Of a stretch of 64,000 nucleotides of DNA, positions 1 through 9,180 are shown in pieces (position 1 is the stretch's first letter; each line of letters opens with the position of its first letter). The stretch is from NCBI GenBank assembly GCA_965215335.1, contig CBDCDA010000001.1, forward strand, positions 1,536,001 to 1,600,000, read 5' to 3'. Both the position numbers and the translations under genes were made by a program. Under the pieces are notes generated by a model. That model saw nothing but the letters and a program-made list of their open reading frames with translations, searched no databases and was not told the DNA's origin. Source of the stretch: an uncultured Candidatus Entotheonella sp. (GTDB lineage Bacteria; Tectomicrobia; Entotheonellia; Entotheonellales; Entotheonellaceae).

Positions 1-2
1 AC

Positions 3-323
3 GCCGCCGCCGAGCCTTCGGCCGCCGTGCGAGCACGAGTGAACGCCGCCCGGCAGCGTCAGCGGGCTCGTTTCGCCGGCACCGGCATGCCTCACAATGC
101 CGCGATGGGCGTCCGCACCATCCGGCAATACTGCGAGCTCGACGCAGCCGGCGAACGCCTGCTCGAACAGGCGATGCACCGCTTCGGCCTCAGCGCCCGA
201 GCCCACGACCGTATCCGCAAGGTGGCCCGCACCATCGCCGACCTCGCCAGCGCCGACGACATCGGCATCGAGCACCTCTCGGAAGCCGTTCAATACCGCA
301 CCCTCGACCGCCAATCGGCGTAA
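3..323 (+). CDS. comM: YifB/ComM family Mg-chelatase-like AAA+ ATPase, C-terminal part (5' end outside the window)
   Basis: Typical C-terminus 'ARQRQRARF...NAAM...LSARAHDRIRKVARTIADL...HLSEAVQYR'; frame open from the window edge. Confidence 0.85.
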   Translation, partial: AAAEPSAAVRARVNAARQRQRARFAGTGMPHNAAMGVRTIRQYCELDAAGERLLEQAMHRFGLSARAHDRIRKVARTIADLASADDIGIEHLSEAVQYRTLDRQSA

Positions 324-483
324 TCGTGTCCCGTTTCAGCTTCCTTGACCAGCTGCCCCGAGGCCCTTGGCCCGAAGAGAAACGTCCACCCGGTTCTGCT
401 ATACTGTTATCCTGTCGCCTCGCCGCACGCCTGAGCGGTGTGCGGCATCTTCTCTATCTTTCCCTAGAAGACTTGAGGTGCCT

Positions 484-774
484 ATGTTTGGCATTGGGTT
501 GCCGGAGCTTGTTCTCATCCTGGTCTTGGCGCTGCTGGTTCTGGGACCCCAACGCCTGCCCGAGGCTGCCCGCATGCTGGGGCGCGGCTATGCCTATCTA
601 CGGCGGGCCAGCGAGGAGTTTCAAAACACCATCAAGCAGGACATCGCGGCCATCGACCGTCAGGAAGACGCGCAGCAGAACAAGGCGGTCGCTCAAGAAA
701 TTCGGGAACGCTTTGCCACCGTTCCGGAGGCGCGGACAACCATCAGCCTGACGGAGCAGCCCCAGGATGGTTGA
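484..774 (+). CDS. tatB: Twin-arginine translocase TatA/TatB family subunit (probably TatB)
   Basis: 'MFGIGLPELVLILVLALLVLGPQRLPEAARMLG' after a GAGGTG RBS; overlaps tatC; GP motif favours TatB. Confidence 0.8.
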   Translation: MFGIGLPELVLILVLALLVLGPQRLPEAARMLGRGYAYLRRASEEFQNTIKQDIAAIDRQEDAQQNKAVAQEIRERFATVPEARTTISLTEQPQDG

Positions 775-1510
775 TACCCCGATGCCGCTGACGGCACATC
801 TTGCGGAGTTGCGAACGCGGCTCTTCTGGAGTGTGGCCGCCCTTGCCGTTGGTTTCTTGGTCTGTTACGGCCTCTCTGGTTTCATTGTCGCGGCAGTGCA
901 GTTCCCCTGGACGCCGGTCGGCGGAGGCCTGCATGTGCCGCTGCAGATCATTGCCCCCGCAGAAGCCTTTCTCACGTACCTCAAAGTCGCCTTCTTCGCC
1001 GGACTGTTCGTCGTTCTGCCGGTCATTCTGCATCAGCTATGGAAATTCGTGGCGCCGGGGCTCCTGGAGCACGAGCGCAAGTACACGATTCCCTTTCTGG
1101 TCGGTTCAACCACGCTGTTCTATGCGGGCGGCGCGCTGTTCTATCTCCTTTTGCCATTCGTGGTGACCTTCCTCCTCAGCTTTGCCAGCGACGACATCAC
1201 CGCGCACCTGTCGGTCGGCTACTACGTCTCCTTTTGCCTGCGGCTGATGATCGCCTTCGGCCTGGTCTTTCAACTACCCGTCGCGGTGGTATTTCTCACC
1301 CAGCTCGGCTTGGTCACCTCGCGCGGCCTGATCAGGCATTTCCGTTACGCGGTGGTTCTGGCCTTTGTCCTCGCCGCGGTCTTGACCCCGCCGGATCCGA
1401 TTTCGCAGAGCTTCATGGCGCTGCCGACGCTATTGCTCTACAGTGCCAGCATCCTGGCCGCCAAGCGCATCGAGGCGCGCCGGGCGCGCGAAGCCGACGA
1501 CGATGATTGA
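767..1510 (+). CDS. tatC: Twin-arginine translocase subunit TatC
   Basis: 'MPLTAHLAELRTRL', 'WKFVAPGL', 'LTPPDPISQ'; about six TM segments. Confidence 0.96.
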   Translation: MVDTPMPLTAHLAELRTRLFWSVAALAVGFLVCYGLSGFIVAAVQFPWTPVGGGLHVPLQIIAPAEAFLTYLKVAFFAGLFVVLPVILHQLWKFVAPGLLEHERKYTIPFLVGSTTLFYAGGALFYLLLPFVVTFLLSFASDDITAHLSVGYYVSFCLRLMIAFGLVFQLPVAVVFLTQLGLVTSRGLIRHFRYAVVLAFVLAAVLTPPDPISQSFMALPTLLLYSASILAAKRIEARRAREADDDD

Positions 1511-1535
1511 CGACGATGATTAGGGAGAGCCGGTC

Positions 1536-2135
1536 ATGACGGTCGCCAAGCGCGTCGAGGATCTGCTGCGCCGCACCGAGGCGCTGCTCGACGGGCATTT
1601 CGTCCTCACCTCCGGCCTGCACAGTTCGCGCTACGTCCAATGCGCCCGCATGTTGCAACATCCCAAGCATGCTGAGGCGTTGGGGGGTTGGCTGGCGGAC
1701 AGGTTCCGAGGTGAGGCGGTGGAGGTGGTCGTCTCGCCAGCCTTGGGCGGCCTGATCATCGGGCACGAAACGGCGCGGGCGCTCGGCGTGCGGGCGCTCT
1801 TCGGCGAGCGCGAAAACGGCGTGATGACTTTGCGGCGGGGGTTCGCGTTGCAACCGGCGGAGCGGGTGGTGGTCGTCGAGGACGTCACCACCACCGGCGG
1901 CTCGGTGCGTGAACTGATAACGCTGGTGCAGGCGTTTGAGGGGACCGTGGTGGGCGTCGGGGCCATTTTGGACCGCAGCGGTGGTCAAGTCGATCTGGGG
2001 ATACCGCTACACGCCTTGATCACCATGCAGGTGCCTACCTATACGCCCGAGGCGTGCCCCCTGTGCCAGCAGGGCGGTTCGCCGGTGAAATCCGGAAGCC
2101 GGCAGCACAGAACCAAGGGCCAGGGTTTCCGTTAA
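1536..2135 (+). CDS. pyrE: Orotate phosphoribosyltransferase
   Basis: 'GHFVLTSGLHS', PRPP-binding 'VVVVEDVTTTGGS', C-terminal CPLC. Confidence 0.93.
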   Translation: MTVAKRVEDLLRRTEALLDGHFVLTSGLHSSRYVQCARMLQHPKHAEALGGWLADRFRGEAVEVVVSPALGGLIIGHETARALGVRALFGERENGVMTLRRGFALQPAERVVVVEDVTTTGGSVRELITLVQAFEGTVVGVGAILDRSGGQVDLGIPLHALITMQVPTYTPEACPLCQQGGSPVKSGSRQHRTKGQGFR

Positions 2136-2225
2136 CTCGCCTTTGCAAGACGACGACAGCACCCCATCCACGCAAGGGTCCGCTCCACCCCTAACGACGC
2201 GACAAAACCGTCAATCCCTTGCCGA

Positions 2226-3788
2226 ATGTCACAGATGCTGAAATCCAGCGCCGCCATGGCGGCCGCGACGGTTGCCAGCCGGGTGCTGGGGCTGCTCAGG
2301 GAGATGGTCTACGCGCATTTCCTGGGCGCCGGTCCGGTCAAGGGCGCGTTCGACCTCGCCTTCATGATTCCCAATCTCTTCCGTCGCCTGCTCGGCGAGG
2401 GGGCGCTGACCGCCGCTTTCCTGCCCCTCCTGAAGGAAAAGGAGGTGACGGAGGGCGACGGCGCCATGTGGCAGATGGCCAACGCGGTGATCTCCGGCTT
2501 TCTGGCGACCGCGCTGACGGTGATCGCTGCGGTCCTGTTCGGCGTCAGCGGCTATCTGGCGTGGGCCAATCCGCAGGGCGACGTACGGCTCATGCTGCAA
2601 CTGCTCGTCGTCATGTTCCCGTATATGGGCTGGGTGTGCCTGGCGGCGATTTTCATGGGCATGCTCAACGCTCGGGGCTTTTTCTTCATCCCCGCCCTGG
2701 GCGCGGCGCTGATGAACGTGGTGATGATCACCGCTGTGCTGGTGTTCGCCAGACGCATGACGGGCGGACTTGAACGGCAGATTTTCGCTTTGGCCTATGG
2801 CGTTCTGGTTGCCGGCGTCGCGCAGGCCGCCTACCAGCTTCCAACCCTGTACCGCACGGGCTTTCGCTACCGCTGGGTAACCCCTTGGCACCACGACTCG
2901 GTGCGAGCGGTGGCGCGCAAGATGATCCCGGGCACGGTGGGGGTGGCGGCGTTCCATCTCAACATGCTGGCGACGCAGGGCGCCGCGTTTCTGATCAATC
3001 CCGAAATCATCGCCTCGTTCAACTACGCCGTGCGCCTGATGGAGTTCCCGCAGGGCGTGGTCGGCGTGTCCCTGTTCACCTTCCTGCTGCCGACCCTGGC
3101 GGGTCTGGCGACGAAAAAGCGCTTTGACGACTTCAAGGCTACCCTGACGCAAGGGCTGGGCTATCTCATTTACATCAACGCCTTCGCGGCAGCCATGGCC
3201 TTCGTGCTGGCCGCGCCGATCGTGCGCCTTATCCTGGAGCGCGGCGCCTTTGATCCCTTGGCGACGCAGCGCACGGCCCTGCCGCTGGCCTGCCTCGCTC
3301 CCGGGTTGATCTCCTTTTCGTGCGTGGGCAGCCTGACGCGCGCCTTCTACGCCCTCGGCGAGGTCAAGGTGCCCGTGCGTCTCAGCATCCTGTGCCTGGT
3401 CCTGAACCTGGTATTCGCCCTGATCCTCATCTTTCCTTTTGAGCAAGCCGGCCTGGCGACGGCCAACACCCTCAGCGCCACGTGCCAGGTTGCGCTGCTG
3501 GTGCACAACCTGCGCCGCCACGTGAACGGCCTCGACCTGCGCCGCCTGCGTCGGGAAAGCGGCTGGATCGCTCTGGCCGCGGTCATCTCCGGCGCGGTCG
3601 CCTGGGGCGTTCTGGCGTGGTGGGAACTACGGTTTGACGCCGGTTCCACCGGCGCCCGCCTCGTCGCGGTGTTCGTGCCCATGCTGGCGGCGGGCCTGGT
3701 GTATGGAGGCGTTACGCGGTGGATGCCACTGGCGCCGGCGCGGGAAATCACCGCTATTCTGAAGGAAAGGTTGGGGCGGCGGCAGTGA
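2226..3788 (+). CDS. murJ: Lipid II flippase MurJ (MviN)
   Basis: 'SRVLGLLRE', 'IPNLFRRLLGEGAL', 'RLMEFPQGV'; 520-aa polytopic membrane protein. Confidence 0.95.
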   Translation: MSQMLKSSAAMAAATVASRVLGLLREMVYAHFLGAGPVKGAFDLAFMIPNLFRRLLGEGALTAAFLPLLKEKEVTEGDGAMWQMANAVISGFLATALTVIAAVLFGVSGYLAWANPQGDVRLMLQLLVVMFPYMGWVCLAAIFMGMLNARGFFFIPALGAALMNVVMITAVLVFARRMTGGLERQIFALAYGVLVAGVAQAAYQLPTLYRTGFRYRWVTPWHHDSVRAVARKMIPGTVGVAAFHLNMLATQGAAFLINPEIIASFNYAVRLMEFPQGVVGVSLFTFLLPTLAGLATKKRFDDFKATLTQGLGYLIYINAFAAAMAFVLAAPIVRLILERGAFDPLATQRTALPLACLAPGLISFSCVGSLTRAFYALGEVKVPVRLSILCLVLNLVFALILIFPFEQAGLATANTLSATCQVALLVHNLRRHVNGLDLRRLRRESGWIALAAVISGAVAWGVLAWWELRFDAGSTGARLVAVFVPMLAAGLVYGGVTRWMPLAPAREITAILKERLGRRQ

Positions 3789-3804
3789 GCCGAACCGTTG
3801 CCGC

Positions 3805-3832
3805 TTGGCACTCCGGATTTTAGTGCTATGAT
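3805..3832 (+). promoter_or_regulatory. Putative sigma70 promoter with an overlapping palindrome
   Basis: TTGGCA-16-TATGAT with TGn extended -10; GCACT-N9-AGTGC inverted repeat between the boxes. Confidence 0.45.
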
Positions 3833-3957
3833 ACGCGTCTTGCGCGCCATCCTGAACCCGCCGCGGCCCTTGCCACGGCATGACCAGAGGAGGCAGAAGC
3901 GTGCTTGGCAATTTCTCGGTGCTCTACGCCGGGCACGTCTTGGAAGGATTGACGCTT

Positions 3958-5385
3958 ATGCCGTTCCGAGGACTTTATCCACTACGCACAGTGTACGCGG
4001 TTTTGGTAGTAGGCCTTCTCGCCGGCTGTGGCGGCGGTGGGGAGCTGGATGTTGTGGCTCCCGGTGAGTTGAACAGCCACAATTACGCCAAGTCTGCCTA
4101 TCAAAGTCCGAACTACCACCCGCATCAAATGGCCTCGCATGCCCATATTTGGGGCGACACCGTGTATATTGGCGGGGACCTTGAGCCCGGAGAGCAACTC
4201 CGTCGTACCAAAACCGTGAAAGGGATCACATACTTCATGGGGGCATCTAGGGACGGCGTGGGAGGCGAACGCCTGCGTAATTACGAAACGGATCTGATGA
4301 CCAGAAACGGCAGTGTTTCCCCCTTCCTCTCCGGCGACGGACTCTACCCATTCCGGGTTAAGCCAAGGGTCTGGCTAGGGAGAGGATTTGAAAACCCTGA
4401 GACAGAAATAACCGCAGCAGTGCTGGAGAGCATTCAGGTTCTGAATGACGTCCTGCCGCCGGAATTCCAGATTCAATATGCGGGGGAATACTACGGTGGA
4501 TTGATTGGCGAAGGAGACATCGTGGTGGCGGCCCTGCCGCCTGCCGAGATTCAAGAAGCCTGTCCTGTAGATGCGGTAGCCTGTGCGCTCAACACTATCC
4601 CCTTTGGTGCGAGCCACACCGAATCCGCCATCCTGCTTTTCCCAGACGATTTCGACGTGCTGGAATACAGCTTCTCCCGCACGGTCGTTGTTCACGAGTT
4701 GCTGCATGCTCTCGGCATTCAGGGACATGTGGACAGCATCGAATTTCCCGACTCGGTTATGGGAACATCGGGAGACTTTTTCCCCAGTCCGGGGTTCACA
4801 ATTCAGCGGATCGACAGGGAAATTCTGCAGATCATGTACATGTCCCAACGAACCGACATTTACAACGACTGGGATGAATGGTCGGATACAAGCCTGCACC
4901 TTGTCGGGCGGTCGGAAGATGATTTCGTCCATTTTGGTGTGGTGTTGTCCAACGGGCTTCCGCAGCCCTGGGCAAGAGGAAGGTTCCCCGATTCAGACTT
5001 GGCTGACAACCGCAGACTGACGGGGCGCGTTTCCTGGGAAGGTTCGCTTCTCGGTTTTTCCGGTATCTCGCCGATTGCCGGAGATGTCGAGCTTGACGTG
5101 ATGCTGAGTCGCCTCGACACACAGCAGGACCTGAGATTCCGAGATATTTATTTCGTAAACCGATTCGACAGTGAAGGCCCCGACCGTTGGTTTCCGACCC
5201 GGAATCTCGACTATGAGGTCGGTATTATCGGGAACGGGTTTTCGCACTCGTCCGCTGAGGGACATGTTGTCGGAGCTTTCCTCGGACCTGAACACGAAGG
5301 CATGGCGGGAACCATCAAGCGGGCAGACCTTGTCGGCGCTTTCGGCGGGACACGGCCTGTGACGCCCGCGGCAGAAATCCAATAA
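3958..5385 (+). CDS. Putative surface lipoprotein with zincin metallopeptidase motif and TbpB-like C-terminal beta-barrel
   Basis: Lipobox 'VLVVGLLAG-C-GGGG'; 'VVVHELLHALGIQGH'; C-terminal 'GAFLGPEHEGMAGTIKRADLVGAFGG'. Start at ATG 3958 chosen to give a normal signal peptide. Confidence 0.65.
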   Translation: MPFRGLYPLRTVYAVLVVGLLAGCGGGGELDVVAPGELNSHNYAKSAYQSPNYHPHQMASHAHIWGDTVYIGGDLEPGEQLRRTKTVKGITYFMGASRDGVGGERLRNYETDLMTRNGSVSPFLSGDGLYPFRVKPRVWLGRGFENPETEITAAVLESIQVLNDVLPPEFQIQYAGEYYGGLIGEGDIVVAALPPAEIQEACPVDAVACALNTIPFGASHTESAILLFPDDFDVLEYSFSRTVVVHELLHALGIQGHVDSIEFPDSVMGTSGDFFPSPGFTIQRIDREILQIMYMSQRTDIYNDWDEWSDTSLHLVGRSEDDFVHFGVVLSNGLPQPWARGRFPDSDLADNRRLTGRVSWEGSLLGFSGISPIAGDVELDVMLSRLDTQQDLRFRDIYFVNRFDSEGPDRWFPTRNLDYEVGIIGNGFSHSSAEGHVVGAFLGPEHEGMAGTIKRADLVGAFGGTRPVTPAAEIQ

Positions 5386-5486
5386 GCCAAGCTTGCCAAG
5401 TGCGACGCCCTGCATGGGTCTTCCATGTGGAAAACTGTGACTGGCGTCGTGATAGATAGACCGGGGCATGAGAGCCGTCCCAACCG

Positions 5487-6719
5487 TCACACGCCGTCCG
5501 CCTTCAGAATGGCGTGCAGCAACACGTCGCAGCCGGCAGCGATGTGTGCCGGCGTCGCGTCTTCGATCTCGTTGTGGCTGATGCCGTCCTTGCAGGGGAT
5601 GAAAATCATCGCCGCCGGGCATACTTTCGCCACGTATTTGGCGTCATGACCGGCGCCGCTGATCACGTCCATGTGCGACAGTTTCAGGTTCTGGGCGGCG
5701 CGACGGACGGTGGCGATGCTGTCGGCGTCAAAGAGCGTCGGCGGCGCGTACCAGATTTCGTCGAGCGCAGCGGTCAGCCCCATGGCCGACTCGACCGCCG
5801 CCACGGCTTCCCGCAGGGCGCGCGCCATGGCTGCCAGGGCCGCATCGTCGGGATGCCGCAGATCGACCGTGAAATCCACCCGACCGGGAATGACGTTGCG
5901 CGAGCCGGGGTGCACCCGCAGGTCGCCGACCGTGCCGACGCCATACGGTGCTTGCGCCAGGGCGGCCTGCTGCACGGCGGTAACGATCTGTGCGGCGCCG
6001 CACAGCGCGTCGTGCCGCCGCGGCATGGGGGTCGTGCCGGCGTGCGATTCCATGCCCTCGATCATGCAGTCGAACCAGCGCTGCCCCTGCAGCCCCTGCA
6101 CCACGCCGATAACGCATTCGTTCGCTTCCAGCAGCGGCCCCTGCTCGATATGCGCCTCGAAGAAGGCGTGTACCGGCTGGCCGCCGCAGGGTCGCGTGCC
6201 GGCGTAGCCGATGCGGTCCAGTTCCTGGGCCACGGTGACGCCGTCGTGATCGGCGCGCGTCAGGCCGTAGTCGAGGCTGAACTCACCGCCAAACACACCC
6301 GAGGCCAGCATGGCAGGGGCAAAGCGGCAGCCCTCTTCGTTCGTCCACGCCACCACCTCCACGGGACGCCGCGTGGTGTGGTTGGCGTCGTTGAGAGCGC
6401 GGATGACCTCCAGGCCGGCGAGCACCCCGTAGGCACCGTCGAATTTGCCGCCGGTGGGCTGCGTATCGAGGTGGCTGCCGGTCATCACGGGTGCCAGGGT
6501 CGAATCGGAACCGGCGCGGCGTGCAAAGATGTTGCCCATTTGATCCACCTCGACCGTGCAGCCGGCTTCCTCTGCCCAGCGTACGAACAGGTCGCGGCCC
6601 GCGCGGTCCACGTCGCTCAGGGCCACGCGGCAGACGCCGCCACGCGGCGTTTCGCCGATGCGCGCCAGGGTCATCAGCGATTCCCACAAGCGCGCGCCGT
6701 TAATCCTCAGGTCAGCCAT
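5487..6719 (-). CDS. M20-family Zn-dependent hydrolase (beta-ureidopropionase / allantoate amidohydrolase / N-carbamoyl-amino acid hydrolase type)
   Basis: 'GSHLDTQPTGGKFDG', 'WTNEEG', 'EAHIEQG', 'HAGTTPM', 'SGAGHDA', 'GISHN'. Confidence 0.9.
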   Translation of the reverse strand: MADLRINGARLWESLMTLARIGETPRGGVCRVALSDVDRAGRDLFVRWAEEAGCTVEVDQMGNIFARRAGSDSTLAPVMTGSHLDTQPTGGKFDGAYGVLAGLEVIRALNDANHTTRRPVEVVAWTNEEGCRFAPAMLASGVFGGEFSLDYGLTRADHDGVTVAQELDRIGYAGTRPCGGQPVHAFFEAHIEQGPLLEANECVIGVVQGLQGQRWFDCMIEGMESHAGTTPMPRRHDALCGAAQIVTAVQQAALAQAPYGVGTVGDLRVHPGSRNVIPGRVDFTVDLRHPDDAALAAMARALREAVAAVESAMGLTAALDEIWYAPPTLFDADSIATVRRAAQNLKLSHMDVISGAGHDAKYVAKVCPAAMIFIPCKDGISHNEIEDATPAHIAAGCDVLLHAILKADGV

Positions 6720-6895
6720 GTCGCTCCCTTTCGTAACGGGGTTGCTGCCCCGTGTCGGTCAAAGTCGTGTTCGAATTGCAGCGCGTGTCATGCTACGGCC
6801 GCCGTCCCTGCCAAGTCCACGGCGTGCTTGAGGACGGATTGTCCGATCGCGTTGTGGGAAGACTGGTCTGCAGGGTGGAAATGCCCAAATCCGAC

Positions 6896-7735
6896 CTACT
6901 GGGTCAGAGTGATCTCGAAGAGCTCGGGCCACCATTTTCCGGTGACGAAGAGGCGGTCGGTGCGGGGGTCGTAGGCGATGCCGTTGAGCACATCGCCGGG
7001 CTGGCGGCGGTCGCCGGGCTTCAGGAGGCCGGCGAGGTCGATCCAGCCGCTTACGTGGCCGGTGCGTGGATCAATACGGGCGATACGGTCAGTCTGCCAG
7101 ATGTTGGCGAGGATTTCCCCGCGAACGTATTCCAGTTCGTTCAGCCGAATCACCGGACCGCGGTGGTCGCGGACGGTCAGGCGAGCCGTTTCGGCAAACG
7201 TGTCGGGGTGCAGGAAATACAGGGAGGAGGTGCCGTCACTCATGATGAGGCGCTGACCATCGTGCGTCAGGCCCCAGCCTTCGGTGCGGTAGGTGAACTC
7301 CTGAACCACGCTGAAACTGGCCTTGTCGTAGACGAAGGCGCGACCAGCCTGCCAAGTGAGCTGGATGATGCGGTCGCCGAAGACCGTGATGCCCTCACCG
7401 AACAGCGCGGCCGACAGGTCGTGGCGTTGCAGAACCGCCCCGCTGCTCAGTTCCACCCGGCGCAATGACGACTCCCCGCGTTGACCGGTGCCCTCGTACA
7501 ACATCCCCCGATCGTCGAACGCCAAGCCTTGGGTGAACGCCTCGCGGTCGTGTGGGTAGGCGCGTACCACGGCATAGCCGTAGACGGGTGCTGGCGGCGG
7601 CAGGTCGGCTGGACCCTGTTCGGTCGGGGCATCCGAGCAAACGAGCAAACCCGCGCAGACGCACAGAAGCAGCAGCAGGAGCAGTCGCTCGCCGCCGATT
7701 GACCGGCGGGCCGGCGGCGCCGTGCTTCGCGCCAC
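6896..7735 (-). CDS. Glutaminyl-peptide cyclotransferase (bacterial/plant type)
   Basis: 'YPHDREAFTQGL', 'FGEGIT', 'EGWGLT', 'LNELEY', 'VLNGIAYD', 'VTGKWW'; N-terminal signal/anchor. Confidence 0.92.
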   Translation of the reverse strand: MARSTAPPARRSIGGERLLLLLLLCVCAGLLVCSDAPTEQGPADLPPPAPVYGYAVVRAYPHDREAFTQGLAFDDRGMLYEGTGQRGESSLRRVELSSGAVLQRHDLSAALFGEGITVFGDRIIQLTWQAGRAFVYDKASFSVVQEFTYRTEGWGLTHDGQRLIMSDGTSSLYFLHPDTFAETARLTVRDHRGPVIRLNELEYVRGEILANIWQTDRIARIDPRTGHVSGWIDLAGLLKPGDRRQPGDVLNGIAYDPRTDRLFVTGKWWPELFEITLTQ

Positions 7736-7738
7736 GCC

Positions 7739-8908
7739 TCAGCCCCGCAGATCGGCGGCGCAATCGGCGATGCGTTCGAGCGCCTTCTTCAGATTGTCGA
7801 GCGAATTGGCGTACGAGAAGCGCACGTAGCCGGCGCCGTTGGGGCCGAAGTCGTCCCCCGCCAAGGCCGCCACGCCGCCCTCTTGCAGCAGGTAATCCGC
7901 CACTTCCTTCGACGTGTGACCGAGCCCGGTGATGTTCGGAAAGGCATAGAAGGCGCCACCGGGCACTGCGCAGCGTATGCCGTCGATGGCGTTCAGCCCG
8001 GCCACGAACAGGTCCCGGCGGCGCCGGAACTCCGACATCATCTCGCCCACGGCGTCCTGCGGCCCCTGCAGGGCCGCCAGGCCGGCGCGCTGCGTGAACG
8101 ACGCCGTGCAGGAATTGCAGTTGGTCATCAGGCGCGTCACGTGAGCCGCCAGCGACTCGGGCATGACGCCGTAGCCGAGTCGCCAGCCCGTCATGGCGTA
8201 GGTTTTCGAGAAACCGTCCAGGATGATCGTCAGCCCCGCCATGCCGTCGTAGGCGGAAATGCTGTGGAAGGCGCCCTCGTACAGCATCTGAGAGTAAATT
8301 TCATCGGACAGCACCGTAATGCCATGCTGCAGGGCGACATCGGCGATGGCGCGCAGGTCCGCTTCCGGCAGCATGCCGCCGGTGGGGTTGTGCGGGGAGT
8401 TGAGGATGATCAGCCGGGTACGGGGCGACACCAGACTCTTCAGCTCGTCCACGTCGAGGCTGAAGCCACGCGCCTCGCGCAGCGGCACGGGAACCGGCGT
8501 AGCGCCGACGAAGCGAATCACCGACTCGTAGATCGGAAAGCCGGGGTCGGGGTAGATCACCTCGTCGCCGCCCTGCGCCAGAGCCATGATGACGAAGAAC
8601 ATGATCGGCTTAGCGCCGGGTGTCACCACCACCTGCGACGTGTGCACGTCGATACCGCGGCTGCGGGCCACGTCGGCGGCAATCGCCGCGCGGAGTTCGG
8701 GCAGGCCGGCGGACGGTCCGTAGTGCGTATATCCGTCGTCGAGGGCCTGTTTGCCTGCCACGATGACGTGCGGCGGGGTGTCGAAATCGGGCTCGCCGAT
8801 TTCCAGGTGCACCACGTCCCGGCCTTGCGCTTCCAGAGCACGGGCCTTCACCAGCACCTCAAACGCCGTTTCCGTGCCCAAGCGGGACATACGCTCCGCC
8901 ACTCGCAT
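7739..8908 (-). CDS. PLP-dependent class I/II aminotransferase (aspartate aminotransferase-like)
   Basis: 'GEPDF', 'NSPHNPTG', 'SDEIY', 'GFSKTYAMTGWRLG'; GGAGG RBS before ATG 8908. Confidence 0.92.
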   Translation of the reverse strand: MRVAERMSRLGTETAFEVLVKARALEAQGRDVVHLEIGEPDFDTPPHVIVAGKQALDDGYTHYGPSAGLPELRAAIAADVARSRGIDVHTSQVVVTPGAKPIMFFVIMALAQGGDEVIYPDPGFPIYESVIRFVGATPVPVPLREARGFSLDVDELKSLVSPRTRLIILNSPHNPTGGMLPEADLRAIADVALQHGITVLSDEIYSQMLYEGAFHSISAYDGMAGLTIILDGFSKTYAMTGWRLGYGVMPESLAAHVTRLMTNCNSCTASFTQRAGLAALQGPQDAVGEMMSEFRRRRDLFVAGLNAIDGIRCAVPGGAFYAFPNITGLGHTSKEVADYLLQEGGVAALAGDDFGPNGAGYVRFSYANSLDNLKKALERIADCAADLRG

Positions 8909-9031
8909 ACTCTGCTTCCTCCAGGTCGTTGGGATGGCGCCTCGCTCATCTTGGCGCACACTCGGCACGGCGCCACGTCAAGGTGCTATGTTGTACCAGA
9001 GTCAAGGGTGGAATGGAAGCGCACCGCCATC

Positions 9032-9060
9032 TGTACATGGCGGCGGGCTGCCGCTATACT
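9032..9060 (+). promoter_or_regulatory. Putative sigma70 promoter of the DUF1800 operon
   Basis: TGTACA-17-TATACT. Confidence 0.45.
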
Positions 9061-9075
9061 TGGCGGGTTCAATTA

Positions 9076-9093
9076 CCCCCCCCCCCCCCCCCC
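9076..9093. repeat. C18 homopolymer tract
   Basis: 18 consecutive C in the divergent intergenic region. Confidence 0.9.
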
Positions 9094-9180
9094 GCAAACG
9101 CGTTGCGAATTGCACGTAGGCAGTGGTTAGCTACAACCGAACCCTGGTGCAAGACGAGCCTTGACAGTAAGGAGATAGGC

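Noticed and set aside
3805..3829. Canonical CIRCE element
   Set aside because: The spacer is 7 nt instead of 9 and there are arm mismatches; kept only as an unexplained palindrome.
8929..9180. N-terminal extension of DUF1800 with a poly-proline run
   Set aside because: The extension is just the C18 tract read in frame; a strong AAGGAG RBS and the family N-terminus point to ATG 9181.
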